Shown piece after piece: positions 52,301 through 61,054 of a stretch of 63,966 nucleotides of DNA. The position numbers and the translations under genes were made by a program. Origin of the DNA: Chiloscyllium plagiosum (taxonomy: Eukaryota); contig NC_057718.1 in the NCBI RefSeq assembly GCF_004010195.1, positions 54,717,864-54,781,829 of the forward strand. The letters are read 5' to 3'. Under the pieces are notes generated by a model. The model saw only the letters and a program-made list of their open reading frames with translations, was not told the origin of the DNA and searched no databases. How positions within the stretch are numbered: position 1 is the first letter of the stretch; each line of letters starts with the position of its first letter.

Positions 52301-55300
52301 ACTAATATACAATTAAATATTAAATAAATAATAGCCAAAACCTGTCAAACAAAAAGAAAAGATACAGAGAAGAAAACGAAAAAGACAAAACTCAACTAAC
52401 TACTAATCTAACCTATAACTAACCAGAGTGTATGATCAAATATCTTATATTACTCAAGAGAAAAAAAGGATAACATAGTAATTAAGTAGTGAAGTACATG
52501 CTCAGAATGAGTTAACATCAAGTCGTAATAAAACCCGTATTCATGCGGGATTCCTCTCCCAAGGGGCCCCGGACCAGCCAGAACCGTTACCTCAGCTAGA
52601 TGAAAGCCCTTGATAGATACAGATATTTCAGCCATTCTATGTAATTCAAAAAGGGCTGCCATATTTTACAGAATAATTCAGTTTTTTGGTGCACCATATT
52701 TGTAAGGAAATCAAGGCGAATACATTAAATGATTAATCTGGGCCAATTCGGAAGTCCTGGAGGGCCCGCAGCCACCCAGTTTACCAAGATATTTTTCCTT
52801 GCACAGAAGGGCAAAACGGAAAATAATTTCCTCCCGTGCACATCCAGGGAAGATAAGCTCGAGAAGCCCAGAAGAAGAGATACTGGACCTACTGTAATTT
52901 CCGTTCAAGATTTCTGTCAGGGTGTTTACTACTTTGGTCCAGTATTTGCAGATCTTATGGCATGTCCATAAGCAGTGTGTCAGAGGGCCTACCTGTTTTA
53001 CATTTGGGACACATTGGAGATGCTCCTGCCCTAAATTTTGTCAATCGTTCCAGTGCCATATGGGCCCTATGAAGTATCTTTAACTGAATGGCCTGTGTTC
53101 TGTTACAAATGGAGATTTTTCTGGCATTTTCCCCAGATGTCATTCCACATTTCTGTATAAATTTCCAGCCCCAAATCCTGATCCCATGCTCTAATCAGAC
53201 GGTCCATATCTTCCGACACTTCATCGTGTAATAAATGATAAAGAGTGCTGACCGAGGGTACACCCACTGGCCACAGCACTCTACGTTCTCTATCTGATTT
53301 TTTAGAGACTACCTAATAGTATAGTCTTCTTCTGTATGTAATCTCGAATTTGGAAGTATCAAAAAAGATCTCAGTTAGGTGATCCAAATTTCTGATGCAA
53401 CTATTCAAAAGACATCAGGACCCCCTCCTCAAACAGATCCCCTAAACAGGAGATACCCCTAGATCTCCAGGATTTGAATGTGGCATCTGTGAACCCCGGT
53501 TGAAAATCCCATGCCCCCACTATCGGAGTATAGGGGGATAGGGGGATGTTTTACGGGAGTTACCCTCGTTTTGCCACATTATATTCCAAGCTTTAATTGT
53601 GTTTAGTACTATAGGGTTTTTACAGTGGTCCATAATGATTTTCATCTTATCTAAAAATAAGAGGTTAATAAGAGGGCACTTTACTTGAGAAGCCTCAATG
53701 TCCAGCCAGATTGATTGCGGGTCAGATGAGACCCAATCGGCTATGTAGCTTAACAAGGAACTTAACTGATACTTCCTAAAGTCTGGAAAATCCAGCCCTC
53801 CCCTTGCCTGTGGAAGCTGTAGCTTTCTTAACTTAATGAGGGGCCGTCTATGATTCAGATGAAAGAACCCAGCCAACCAGTGCCGGCCTTGGCAGCATCA
53901 CCGGGAGCATTCTCATAGGGTATAAGAGACGGGGCAAGACATTCATTTTAANNNNNNNNNNNNNNNNNNNNNNNNNNNNNNNNNNNNNNNNNNNNNNNNN
54001 NNNNNNNNNNNNNNNNNNNNNNNNNNNNNNNNNNNNNNNNNNNNNNNNNNNNNNNNNNNNNNNNNNNNNNNNNNNNNNNNNNNNNNNNNNNNNNNNNNNN
54101 NNNNNNNNNNNNNNNNNNNNNNNNNNNNNNNNNNNNNNNNNNNNNNNNNNNNNNNNNNNNNNNNNNNNNNNNNNNNNNNNNNNNNNNNNNNNNNNNNNNN
54201 NNNNNNNNNNNNNNNNNNNNNNNNNNNNNNNNNNNNNNNNNNNNNNNNNNNNNNNNNNNNNNNNNNNNNNNNNNNNNNNNNNNNNTGCCTTCTCCGCATC
54301 CAATGAGACTACTATTCCTGGTATTTTTTCCTGATGACAGATTTGAATCACACTCAAGATCCTTCTAATATTATTAGATGATCTATGGCCCTTGATAAAC
54401 GCTGTCTAGTCCTCTTTTATGATATATATGGCAGTACCCTCTTTAGTCTCAACGCTCATGTTTTAGAAAGAATTTTAAGATCTATATTTAGCAAGGATAT
54501 TGGTCTGTATGATGCGCAATCTTCTGGGTCCTTTCCTTTTGAGAATAAGGGAGATATTCGCCTCTTTCAGCGAAGGCGGGAGGTAGCCCCGACTATATGA
54601 GTAGTTATACATGTCCATAAATGGGTCAGCAAATACACCTGTAAACTCTTTGCAAAATTTAACCTGAAAGCCATCTGGGCCAGGTGCCTTACCGCTCTGA
54701 AGTTGCCTGATTGCATCAAGTATTTCCTGAGTTGTTAGGGGAGCATTCAGGACCAATACCTGTTCTGGGGTTAAATCCGGAAAAGCCAGGCTTTTAAAAA
54801 AGGACTGCATCCTCCTAGCTCTATCTTCACAATCCTGCGATTTATATAAATCAGAATAAAACTTTCTGAAGATTGTGTTGATCCTTTTGTGATCGTGAGT
54901 CAGATTACCGGCACTTTCCCTGATAGCCATGATAGCTTGAGTAGCCTTTTTTTACCTCGCGAGAAATGCTAAGTATCTACCAGGTTTATCGCCAAATTCA
55001 TATAATCTTTGTTTTGCAAATAATATTTTCCTCTTTGCCGTTTGGGTGAGCGCGATATTCGGAGCTGTCCTAAGGGCCGTAATGCTTTGTGACTTGGCAA
55101 TAGAAGGTCTGTCAACGTATGCTGTTTCAGCTGCTTTTAAGCGAGCCTCAAGTAGACGCTGTCATTCTCCCTTTATTTCTTTCTGGGGTCGCCAAGTCTG
55201 AAATGATCAGACCTCGTGCATAAGCTTTAATAGTCTTCCACATCATTGACGGATTACTAGCCGTACCTGAATTAATTTCCAAGGAAGTTTTAAATTCTTG

Positions 55301-58300
55301 AGAAAAATATTTTACAAATTTACTATCTTTCATGAAGAAGGAATCCACACGCCAATGTTGGAGGGGGATGCCTTATTGCTAGGAACAATACACAGCAGCG
55401 TGATCAGTATGATTTCCATATACACAGCAGCATGATCAGAAATTATATTACCTATTTTACAGGATGATATGGAATTTTAAGAAGTCGAAAGGACAAAAAA
55501 AAAGTCAATTCTAGTGTGACATTTATGTGGATTAGAGTAAAAAGAGAAATCTCTACCTTGCGGGTGGAGGCACCTCCTCACATCTACTAATCCTAATTCT
55601 TTATTCAAATCCGCCAATTGTCTGGATCTGGGGGATACACCCGCAGTACTCTTGGGTATCCTGTCCGTATGCGGGTCCAATATGCAATTAAAGTCTCCCC
55701 CTATAATTGTATGACGAGCACCAAGAGCCGTCAGTTTGGAGAAGGCTTCCATTATAAATTTGAAAGGATGCGCAGGGGGACAATACAGATTTAAAATCCC
55801 ATATTCCTCTCCATTTATAAGGGCTTTAATTAGTATATATTGTCCAGATTCATCTTTTATCTGACTTAGAATTTTGAAAGGGAGATTCTTCTGAATAAGA
55901 ATGACTATTCCCCTCCTTTTTGAGCTGAAGGAAGAAAAGAAGTCCTGATCAAATCCATCCTGTCGTAATTTCAAATGTTCTTTATCCAATAAATGTGTCT
56001 CCTGTAGGAGAGCTATATCAACCCTTTCTCTTTTGAGGTTTGATAATATTTTCTTCCGGTTGATTGGTGAATTACTCCCCTTGACATTCCAGGTGCACCA
56101 TTTAATCGAATGACTAACCATAATCGTCCAGGCAAGTCCGAGACCCCCCCCCCAGGAAGAGAAACCCCATCCAAAACACCCCGAGCATAGACCATAGAAA
56201 ATTCACAAAAATAGAGATTCTTTAATACACTCACACCAATATAATAAAAAACTATTTCTAAATAGAAAAATTATAAAACATATTTAAACAGAGATTTTCC
56301 CCCTAGTTTCCAGGGGGCATCACTTCCTTTCCGAAAACCCACCATATCCTCTCCCAACCATTGCCCCACCCTCGACCCAGGCATCCCATAATAAAATAAA
56401 GAAAATTCAAGTGTACCACAAAGCTAAAGTTAACAGTATTAAAAAAAAGGAAAATTGCAAAGTGGAGAACAAATAATCCCCCCTCCCTACCCCCCCGGAG
56501 ATAATATTAAGCAATAAAGGAATGAGAGAGAAAAAAGGGCGAACTGGGGAAGGAGAAGGGCAGAACAACATCATTCACCATACGAGTTAACTCTCACAGT
56601 TTATCTAAGAGAGTCCAAAAATTCCTTGGCCTTCTCCAGCGATCCAAAGTTATACACGGACCCTTCGTGGCTAAAACTTGGCATCGCTGGGTAGCGCAGG
56701 GAGTACTGAATGTTTAAATCCCTTAAACGCTTCTTCATTTCCTCAAACGCCCTCCTCTTTCGGACCAGAGCTGAGGAACAGTCCTGAAACAGCATAGCCT
56801 TGGATCCTTTGTAAGTAATGGCTTGGGAATCTTTCCCGAGACTTCTGGCAGCTTCTAGGAGCATCTGCTTCTCCTTGTAGCACTGCAGCCGGAACAGGAC
56901 CGGGCGGGGGCGCTGATCCAAGCTGAGCCTGTGTATTGCAACCCGGTGGGCCCATTCTACCCTTACCTGGCCTGATCCAGCCTCCAGATTCAATAACTGC
57001 GGAAGCCACTGCTCCAGAAATGTTGTAAGATGGCCTTCCTCTTCCCATTCGGGAAGGCCCTGCAAAAGAATATTTTTTCGACGACCGAGGTGATCTTCTA
57101 ATGTCCAGACTCGCTGTTTGAGAGTCTGGACCCGACCCACGGCCGATTCTGCAGCAGCCTCGGAGGTCGCAGCCTTTAGCTCCGCCCCTCCCACTCGATG
57201 TTCGATATTTTCTATGTCTTAGTCGTGCTTCTGCAGCGCGACCAACAACGATTCCCATCTGCTCCTGGACTCTTCTATGAAGGCGTCGATCTTTACTTCA
57301 AGCTTGGAAATCACTGCAACAAGACACGCCACCGTAGGCAAGTCCCCAGGGGTGGCTGCATACGCCTCTGCTGCAGCTGGGGAGGGTGGGGGAGGGGTTT
57401 CTGTGTGCTGCGAGCATTCTTTCCTTTAGTCATTTTAATGGGGCACTAAACTGCTCAAGTTTGGTGTAAAATAACTAGCTGTATTAAATAAAAGCTAAAA
57501 TGATTTGACAGGTGTAGTGGAGGCGGGCAGCCCACTTTGCCTGTGTCTTGGGCAGAGCACTACAGACTCAGACTTGCTGGGTCACCGCCATCTTGGATCC
57601 CCAGTTTGCTTTCTTTTTATAAAATAAGACATAAACTAAGAAGCAATGTGTATGAGATGGACCATGGAACATCAGATACGGAAATATAAATGACCACAAT
57701 CAAGATAGAAATTGAAAGAATTATCTTGACAGACACAGTCATGGGACTAGACAAGCACGTAAGCAGGAATTGCCACTGGTTGCACAAACTTAATTTCCAG
57801 GTTTCAAGTAGTGGCTGGAGACTATGGTGCATCCATGAGACAGAAAATAATGTAGATAGCCCATTCAGAGATGGTCATATTGCAGATTAGAGGCATGTAG
57901 ACAAATAGATTACCCAAATTAGGTGTCCCAAGGTCCACTCGCTAACTGGCTTTACATTTTGGATACAGAGGAAGGTGATTGTGCTTTTATGGAGTACAGC
58001 AGCAGCCAAGCCATGGCACCATGTGTGGTCCAGCACTCGAAGGACTAAGTGGGACAGCTGTAGTGATGGGATTCACTAACTCAGGGAAAACACAAGTGTT
58101 TCTGGGGCATGGCAGAGACAGCTGTAGATCAGTTTGACAGCACAACATAAGTAGGCAAGAATGCGCACAGTGAACAGCCAAAGATCATGGCCCAAATTGG
58201 TAACAATACATGGGGTGGAAAGGTGATAAGGTCCTGCAGTCAGAATTTAAGGAGCTTGGTACAAAATTGGCAATCAGGACCTCGAGTAGTAATCCCTGAT

Positions 58301-60412
58301 TGCTTCCAGTCCCACATAAAAGCAAGCACAGAAATTGTACCATATTAAAATAATTATCACCAGAGAAAAGAAAACCACAAGAAAAACTAATGGGGTGAAA
58401 GGTCCTCTGGACCTGATGGGCTGCATCCTAGGAATTGTTTTAAAGAGTTGCTACAAAAATAGTAGACACACTGATATTGTTCTTCCAAGAATCCTTAGAT
58501 TCTGGAAATGTCCAAGAGGATTGTATAACTACCCACCTAACACCCCTTTTCAAAAAGAGTGGGAGTCAAAGAATAGGTAACTATAGGCCAATTAGCTTAA
58601 CATCCGTCATTAGGAAAATGTTAGTCATGAAGTACGAAATAGAAGAGCATTTAGAAACGCACAATATAATCAAGCAGAGTCAGAGCAGCCTCATGAAGGA
58701 GAAATCATGCCTGACGAATTTATTACAGTTCTTTGTGATGGTAACAAGCAGAGGAAATAAAGGGGAAGCACTGGAAGCAATACACTTAGGTATTCAATAA
58801 ACCTATTTTACATAAGGTTACTTAAAGAGCCCCGGTATCAAAATAGCATATTAACTTGGAAGCAGATTGGCTAACTAACAAAAGTCAGAATTAGGATCAG
58901 TGGGAATTTTCAGGACGACAACCTGCAACTAGTAAATGCCACAGGAATCAGTGCTAAGGCCACAAGTATTCACAACATATTTTCATGACTTGGACAGAAG
59001 TAAACATTTTTCAACTGATAAAAAATAGGTGCAAAGACAAGGTGAGAGAATCATAGAATCCCTACTAACCCTCCAAAGAGAATTGCACACAGACTGACAC
59101 CCCTACTCTGCCCCTGTAACCCTGCATTTTCCACAACTAATTCACTTAGCCTGATCATCCTTGAACATGATGGACAATTTGGCATGGCCAATCCACCTAA
59201 CCAGCACATCTCTGGGCTGTGGGAGGAAACCGAAGCATCCAGAGAAAACCCATGTGGATGCGAGTAGAATGTGCAAACTCCACACAGACAGTCACCAAGG
59301 TTAGAATCAAATCCAGGTCCCTGGCACTGTGAGGCAGTAGTGCTAATTACTGAACCACCATGCCACCCTTAAGTCAGGATCCACCCTTAGGATGATACAT
59401 GGAAGCTACAGAGGAACATAGACAGGTCAATGAAAATTTGGCAGATGGAATATAATGAGGGAAAAATGTGAGGTTATGCAGACAGAAAGAATAGAGGATG
59501 TAGTTGAGTAAAGACTGCAAAAAGCTGAAGGAAAGAATGATTTGCAAGTCCTTGTGCATAAATCAAAAAAACTAACATGAAAGTTCAGCATTAGATACAA
59601 GCTTTTATTTATATACTGTATTGAAACTTCATCTACAGTTAAAAAAATGTCCATTCGAATATCTCTAAACCTGAAGAACAATCCTAACTTTCCAGCCTCC
59701 AATGATAAATTAAGTTGCTCACCCCTGATAAAACCCCAATACATCTCCCCAATGCTCTTTCTGAAGGTCTTTACACTTGATCTGCATTGTCACATTCTGA
59801 ATTGCCAAATTAGTGATTACAAAAGTCTTACATCGGATGCCTTTATTGTTTATTGTCATTTAGGTGTCATTTACAGTATACTGACTTTTCATATTAATCC
59901 ACCCAAGTTCATAACTTCACATTTCTCCCCATAAACTACATTTGCTATGCTTCTGCATGTTTAATCATTGTCACCTTGAAATCCAAAATAATACTCTTCA
60001 CCAACTACTCCACTCCCAAATGTCATTTGCAAACTGTATGCAGCCATTCTCAACACAGATATCTTAAAAAGTAATGACTGCAAACGGATTCCTGAGGAGT
60101 ATCACTGCACCAGTTACCTGACTGAAAAACATTCACTACCACACGTCCACTAAAACATACTCACAAGAAAAGTAGTTTAGAACTTAAATGTACTTATTAA
60201 CGGTTGGCAATTGTTTGCAGTAGCACATCTTCTCGTAACTTAAACTAACTTGAATAAATAAACTAACTTACTTGAGTAAACTGATTAACAATCGTGTGAA
60301 TCCTTGCATCATGCTAATTTCAAGTTTAGGCATGACAACCAATTCATACACCTGCTTAACAAATAGAACGTGATCTTCTTTGCTGAATTTTCTTCCATAT
60401 AATCGGATATAT
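4260..60412 (-). CDS. PSME4: PSME4 / PA200 proteasome activator complex subunit 4, partial spliced CDS (12 exons equivalent to human exons 2-13)
   Basis: Spliced translation runs from [17 protein letters not shown] to [21 protein letters not shown] and matches the N-terminal part of vertebrate PA200 as I recall it. All introns are GT-AG with compatible phases. No stops in 1416 nt. Confidence 0.97.
4420..4815 (+). mobile_element. LINE 3' fragment (same family as 960-2200)
   Basis: Ends gttagggatgggcaat...cccacatcccatgaatgaa, the reverse complement of the family 3' end. Confidence 0.65.
5991..6144. mobile_element. TA-flanked MITE (Tc1/mariner-pogo superfamily)
   Basis: ta|cagaacaacctcaatta ... 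taattaagattgttctg|ta: imperfect terminal inverted repeats with TA on both sides. Confidence 0.8.
6187..6380 (+). mobile_element. 5'-truncated young SINE
   Basis: Near-identical to the 3' part of 426-733, (taatc)n tail. Confidence 0.88.
9381..9470 (-). CDS. PSME4: PSME4 exon 12 equivalent (90 nt)
   Basis: atgtag|ATC ACA TTC...TCA GAG|gtaatt; [30 protein letters not shown]. Confidence 0.96.
10324..10510 (-). CDS. PSME4: PSME4 exon 11 equivalent (187 nt)
   Basis: cttag|A ACA TAT CCT...TGC ATG|gtatat; [62 protein letters not shown]. Confidence 0.97.
10975..12480 (+). mobile_element. Degenerate CR1-type LINE ORF2 fragments, interrupted by a SINE
   Basis: Remnants of [15 protein letters not shown] and SGVPQGSVLG motifs (aagtctcctggacctaacggg, actataggtcaattagc, cctcagggatcagtcctgg). 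Confidence 0.75.
11486..11830 (+). mobile_element. Older SINE subfamily copy (V-SINE/HE1-like)
   Basis: gggcagcacagaggttcagtggttagcactgctgcctcacagc head and conserved core. Confidence 0.85.
12966..13273 (+). mobile_element. Young CR1-type LINE 3' end
   Basis: Intact ORF2 C-terminus TRGHSFKL...[15 protein letters not shown] followed by a (tatgttc)n tail. Confidence 0.85.
13313..14469 (-). mobile_element. Penelope-like retroelement, 5'-truncated, GIY-YIG endonuclease remnant, with inverted pseudo-LTR copy
   Basis: Minus-strand [29 protein letters not shown] preceded by CNHKKCKTC; ~230-bp inverted repeats at 13346-13575 and 14240-14471; flanking direct repeat tcctgcacattaagga at 13297-13312 and 14470-14485. 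Confidence 0.9.
13403..13442 (-). ncRNA. Minimal hammerhead ribozyme motif in Penelope pseudo-LTR
   Basis: Minus strand cattc-CTGAAGA-a-gggc ctat gccc-GAAA-c-GTC-gattc: both core boxes, stem II, ACGT palindrome, GUC triplet. Confidence 0.6.
14575..14792. mobile_element. TA-flanked MITE, diverged (related to 35696-35902)
   Basis: ta|caggtcgatctgctataatg ... catgttgtagaaaaaccttctg|ta; internal similarity to the 35696 copy. Confidence 0.6.
15069..15334 (-). CDS. PSME4: PSME4 exon 10 equivalent (266 nt)
   Basis: aacag|ATG AAA CTG...GAA AA|gtaagt; ORF 15065..15334 [25 protein letters not shown]...[11 protein letters not shown]. Confidence 0.97.
15490..16490 (+). mobile_element. CR1-type LINE 3' portion
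   Basis: ORF 15848..16162 [10 protein letters not shown]...[10 protein letters not shown]...RLNRLGLFS; tail ctatacatctctatgac. Confidence 0.85.
15714..15846 (+). mobile_element. Short Penelope terminal fragment inserted in a CR1
   Basis: gattcctgatgaaggacttctgctcaaaa...ctgatctccagtatctg; flanked by direct repeat agtgaagg. Confidence 0.7.
17487..18720 (+). mobile_element. CR1-type LINE 3' portion
   Basis: RT remnants (tacatggatttcagcaaagcctttgacaagg = [10 protein letters not shown]; tttgaggatgacacc = F.DDT), ORF 18024..18320, CR1 3' UTR. Confidence 0.85.
18803..18900 (+). mobile_element. Short tRNA-derived SINE remnant (similar copy at ~37465-37560)
   Basis: tggtacaatggta A-box-like and gagttcaagccc B-box-like motifs; colinear with the 37465 copy. 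Confidence 0.5.
19427..19519 (-). CDS. PSME4: PSME4 exon 9 equivalent (93 nt)
   Basis: tgttag|GGT GGT CCC...TGG TTG|gtaggt; [31 protein letters not shown]. Confidence 0.95.
20018..20322 (+). mobile_element. Young SINE with small internal deletion
   Basis: Same head, core and (taatc)n tail as 426-733. Confidence 0.9.
20549..22062 (+). mobile_element. Solo LTR, 1514 bp (ERV or LTR retrotransposon)
   Basis: Starts TGAGAAAG, ends CTTTAACA; 4-bp duplication gtca at 20545-20548 and 22063-22066; TATAAA 21762-21767, AATAAA 21905-21910. Confidence 0.8.
22153..24299 (+). mobile_element. CR1-type LINE, 5'-truncated and internally deleted, nested in another CR1
   Basis: APE end ([16 protein letters not shown]), [38 protein letters not shown]; flanked by aattca at 22147-22152 and 24300-24305. 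Confidence 0.88.
24954..25076 (-). CDS. PSME4: PSME4 exon 8 equivalent (123 nt)
   Basis: ttccag|ATT TTT ACC...ATG CTG|gttagt; [41 protein letters not shown]. Confidence 0.95.
25337..25411 (-). CDS. PSME4: PSME4 exon 7 equivalent (75 nt)
   Basis: gatag|AAT CTG GTA...CCA AAG|gtaaat; [25 protein letters not shown]. Confidence 0.95.
25555..26560 (-). mobile_element. Degenerate LINE fragments (960-2200 family) containing a Penelope-like end at ~25760-25835
   Basis: atttattgcccatct 3' end motif; ttctgaaggatcactggacccaaaacattgactctgctttctctccacagatgctg. Confidence 0.6.
27020..27485 (+). mobile_element. CR1-type LINE 3' end
   Basis: ggttcagaaaacgttta...tctagggggcacattttaaggtgag, same 3' end as other CR1 copies. 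Confidence 0.75.
28050..28400 (+). mobile_element. Ancient Deu-domain SINE remnant (SacSINE1/AmnSINE-like)
   Basis: gaaggtgccatcttt...aaaatcccatt...gaagggggaggttactcccagtggcctgg...cattgctgtg resembles the Deu core as I recall it; heavily diverged. Confidence 0.5.
28417..28551. mobile_element. MITE related to 5991-6144
   Basis: cagaggaa...ttcctctg|ta ends; internal cgaaatactcccc is the reverse complement of ggggagtattttg in the 5991 copy. Confidence 0.7.
28603..28666 (-). CDS. PSME4: PSME4 exon 6 equivalent (64 nt)
   Basis: ctgcag|G CTT TGG TTT...GAA GGG|gtaagc; [21 protein letters not shown]. Confidence 0.95.
30394..30661 (+). mobile_element. Young SINE with internal deletion
   Basis: Same family as 426-733; part of the central core is missing. 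Confidence 0.9.
30968..31667 (+). mobile_element. Probable solo LTR (~700 bp)
   Basis: TG...CAACA ends, TATAAG at ~31364, AATAAA at ~31595; only a 3-nt flank match (tct), so boundaries are uncertain. Confidence 0.45.
31797..32700 (-). mobile_element. CR1-type LINE 3' portion
   Basis: ORFs 32019..32237 ([15 protein letters not shown]) and 32435..32620 ([10 protein letters not shown]). Confidence 0.85.
33252..33401 (-). CDS. PSME4: PSME4 exon 5 equivalent (150 nt)
   Basis: ttcag|G TAT TTT CCA...TTC AG|gtgagt; [49 protein letters not shown]. Confidence 0.96.
33900..35280. mobile_element. Adjacent degenerate LINE fragments (CR1 on +, ~33900-34320; 960-2200 family on -, ~34340-35280)
   Basis: gtgcaaagaaggttcactagg (VQRRFTR); second part colinear with 960-2200. 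Confidence 0.6.
35696..35902. mobile_element. TA-associated MITE (Tc1/mariner-pogo superfamily)
   Basis: ta|cagtcggttctgctttaa ... ttatatcagaaccaaccg inverted ends. Confidence 0.65.
37620..38443 (+). mobile_element. CR1-type LINE, internally deleted
   Basis: [11 protein letters not shown] (ORF 37570..37767), then the CR1 3' region and tail catctctatatgactcta. Confidence 0.82.
39490..43790 (-). mobile_element. Near full-length CR1-type LINE (ORF1 with esterase motif; ORF2 APE + RT), decayed
   Basis: ORF1 remnant [11 protein letters not shown] (SGNH esterase-like); [52 protein letters not shown]-terminal [14 protein letters not shown]. Confidence 0.92.
41949..42290. repeat. Tandem duplication of ~165-177 bp inside the CR1 endonuclease region
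   Basis: ggtctataatacaatcccaataagg... starts at 41949 and again at 42114; the first copy lacks ~12 nt. Confidence 0.9.
43890..44215 (+). mobile_element. CR1 3' part, continuation of the fragment at ~39200-39473
   Basis: ccttaaacacac duplicated at 39462-39473 and 43878-43889; CR1 sequence is continuous across the insert. Confidence 0.75.
45257..45301 (-). CDS. PSME4: PSME4 exon 4 equivalent (45 nt)
   Basis: tctctcaag|C TCC GTA GAA...CGA CC|gtaagt; [14 protein letters not shown]. Confidence 0.94.
47760..49240 (+). mobile_element. Degenerate LINE ORF2 fragments (960-2200 family) with several Penelope-end inserts
   Basis: ttctatcaatgactta...gttcactgacaactgc (INDL...F.D.C RT remnant); inserts at ~48220-48315, 48381-48510, ~48997-49165. 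Confidence 0.65.
48381..48510 (+). mobile_element. Young short Penelope terminal fragment starting at the hammerhead core
   Basis: ctgaagaagggcttatgcccgaaacgtcgattc...gtcctcactttctcctc, near-identical to the reverse complement of 13311-13437; flanked by direct repeat catcaacagtgct. Confidence 0.85.
50367..50483 (-). CDS. PSME4: PSME4 exon 3 equivalent (117 nt)
   Basis: cacctag|A AAA AAA GAG...CCA AA|gtaagc; [38 protein letters not shown]. Confidence 0.96.
50930..51350. mobile_element. Nested inverted Penelope-like terminal fragments
   Basis: aacaaaacagaaattgctgggaaaact...gagttttcccagcaacttctgtttttgtt inverted ends enclosing a second inverted pair (ctgcagatgctggagatc...ctgatgctgtttgac). Confidence 0.6.
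52596..56121 (-). pseudogene. L1 ORF2 (endonuclease/reverse transcriptase), disrupted
   Basis: Chain of ORFs 55477..56121, 55148..55348, 54475..54930, 53848..54357, 53520..53876, 52955..53143. Confidence 0.88.
53952..54285. other. Assembly gap (334 N)
   Basis: Run of n. Confidence 1.
56601..57433 (-). pseudogene. L1 ORF1 (RNA-binding protein), disrupted
   Basis: ATG at 57433 (MTKGKNAR...), frameshifted into ORF 56601..57194. Confidence 0.8.
57586..57595 (-). promoter_or_regulatory. YY1-type motif at the L1 5' end
   Basis: CGCCATCTTG (CAAGATGGCG on the element strand) within ~15 nt of the element start. Confidence 0.6.
57720..59580 (+). mobile_element. Old CR1-type LINE remnants (ORF1 and ORF2 pieces)
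   Basis: [16 protein letters not shown]...[11 protein letters not shown] (ORF 58477..58800); ORF1-like piece upstream. Confidence 0.75.
59048..59368 (-). mobile_element. Older SINE copy (V-SINE/HE1-like)
   Basis: Reverse complement begins gggtggcatggtggttcagtaattagcactactgcctcacagtgccagggacc. Confidence 0.85.
60272..60412 (-). CDS. PSME4: PSME4 exon 2 equivalent (141 nt)
   Basis: ttttccag|A TAT ATC CGA...CTC AA|gtaagt; [46 protein letters not shown]. Confidence 0.96.
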
Positions 60413-60720
60413 CTGGAAAACAAAATACAAATTTGATAAATATTCCACATCGATAACCACAAAATTTTAGAAATAATACTAAATATTAGGCAGTCATCAC
60501 ATTTTTGTAAGGGTTACAAATTCATGGACTCATCAACCTGAAATATAAATAATCATATTTGCACTCGGACAGCTGGAGGTTTGACTGCCAATAGTAGGAG
60601 AAATAAATATCAGGGGTGAACAATGGGCTATAACTGGAGGACCATGGAAGAGAGTTACTGGGTGTGAGGCCATGACATGTTCATAAGGTTAATAACTTAT
60701 ATTGATATAGCCTTTATCCT

Positions 60721-61050
60721 ACAGTGGTTAGCACTGCTGCCTCGCAGCGCCAGAGACCCGGGTTCAATTCCCGCCTCAGGCGACTGACTGTGTGGAGTTT
60801 GCACATTCTCCCCGTGTCTGCGTGGGTTTCCTCCGGGCGCTCCGGTTTCCTCCCACAGTCCAAAGATGTGCAGGTCAGGTGAATTGGCCATGTTAAATTG
60901 TCCGTAGTGTTAGGTAAGGGTTAAATGTAGGGGTATGGGTGGTTTGCGCTTCGGCGGGTCGGTGTGGACTTGTTGGGCCGAAGGGCCTGTTTCCACACTG
61001 TAAAGTAATCTAATCTAAAAAAAAAGTAATCTAATCTAATCTAATCTAAT
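60721..61050 (+). mobile_element. Young SINE, slightly 5'-truncated
   Basis: Near-identical to 426-733, (taatc)n tail. Confidence 0.9.
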
Positions 61051-61054
61051 AAAG

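Larger units (their letters stand above)
52221..57601 (-). mobile_element. Near full-length L1-clade LINE (5' UTR, ORF1, spacer, ORF2, 3' UTR, poly-A), frameshifted
   Basis: ORF1 [12 protein letters not shown]...[11 protein letters not shown]2 [53 protein letters not shown]-terminal CPKC; AATAAA and A-tail at ~52221-52245; cagttt on both flanks. Confidence 0.93.

Noticed and set aside
56743..57449. 171-aa minus ORF and 83-aa plus ORF overlapping L1 ORF1
   Set aside because: Alternative-frame readings of a frameshifted ORF1; no independent evidence of a gene.
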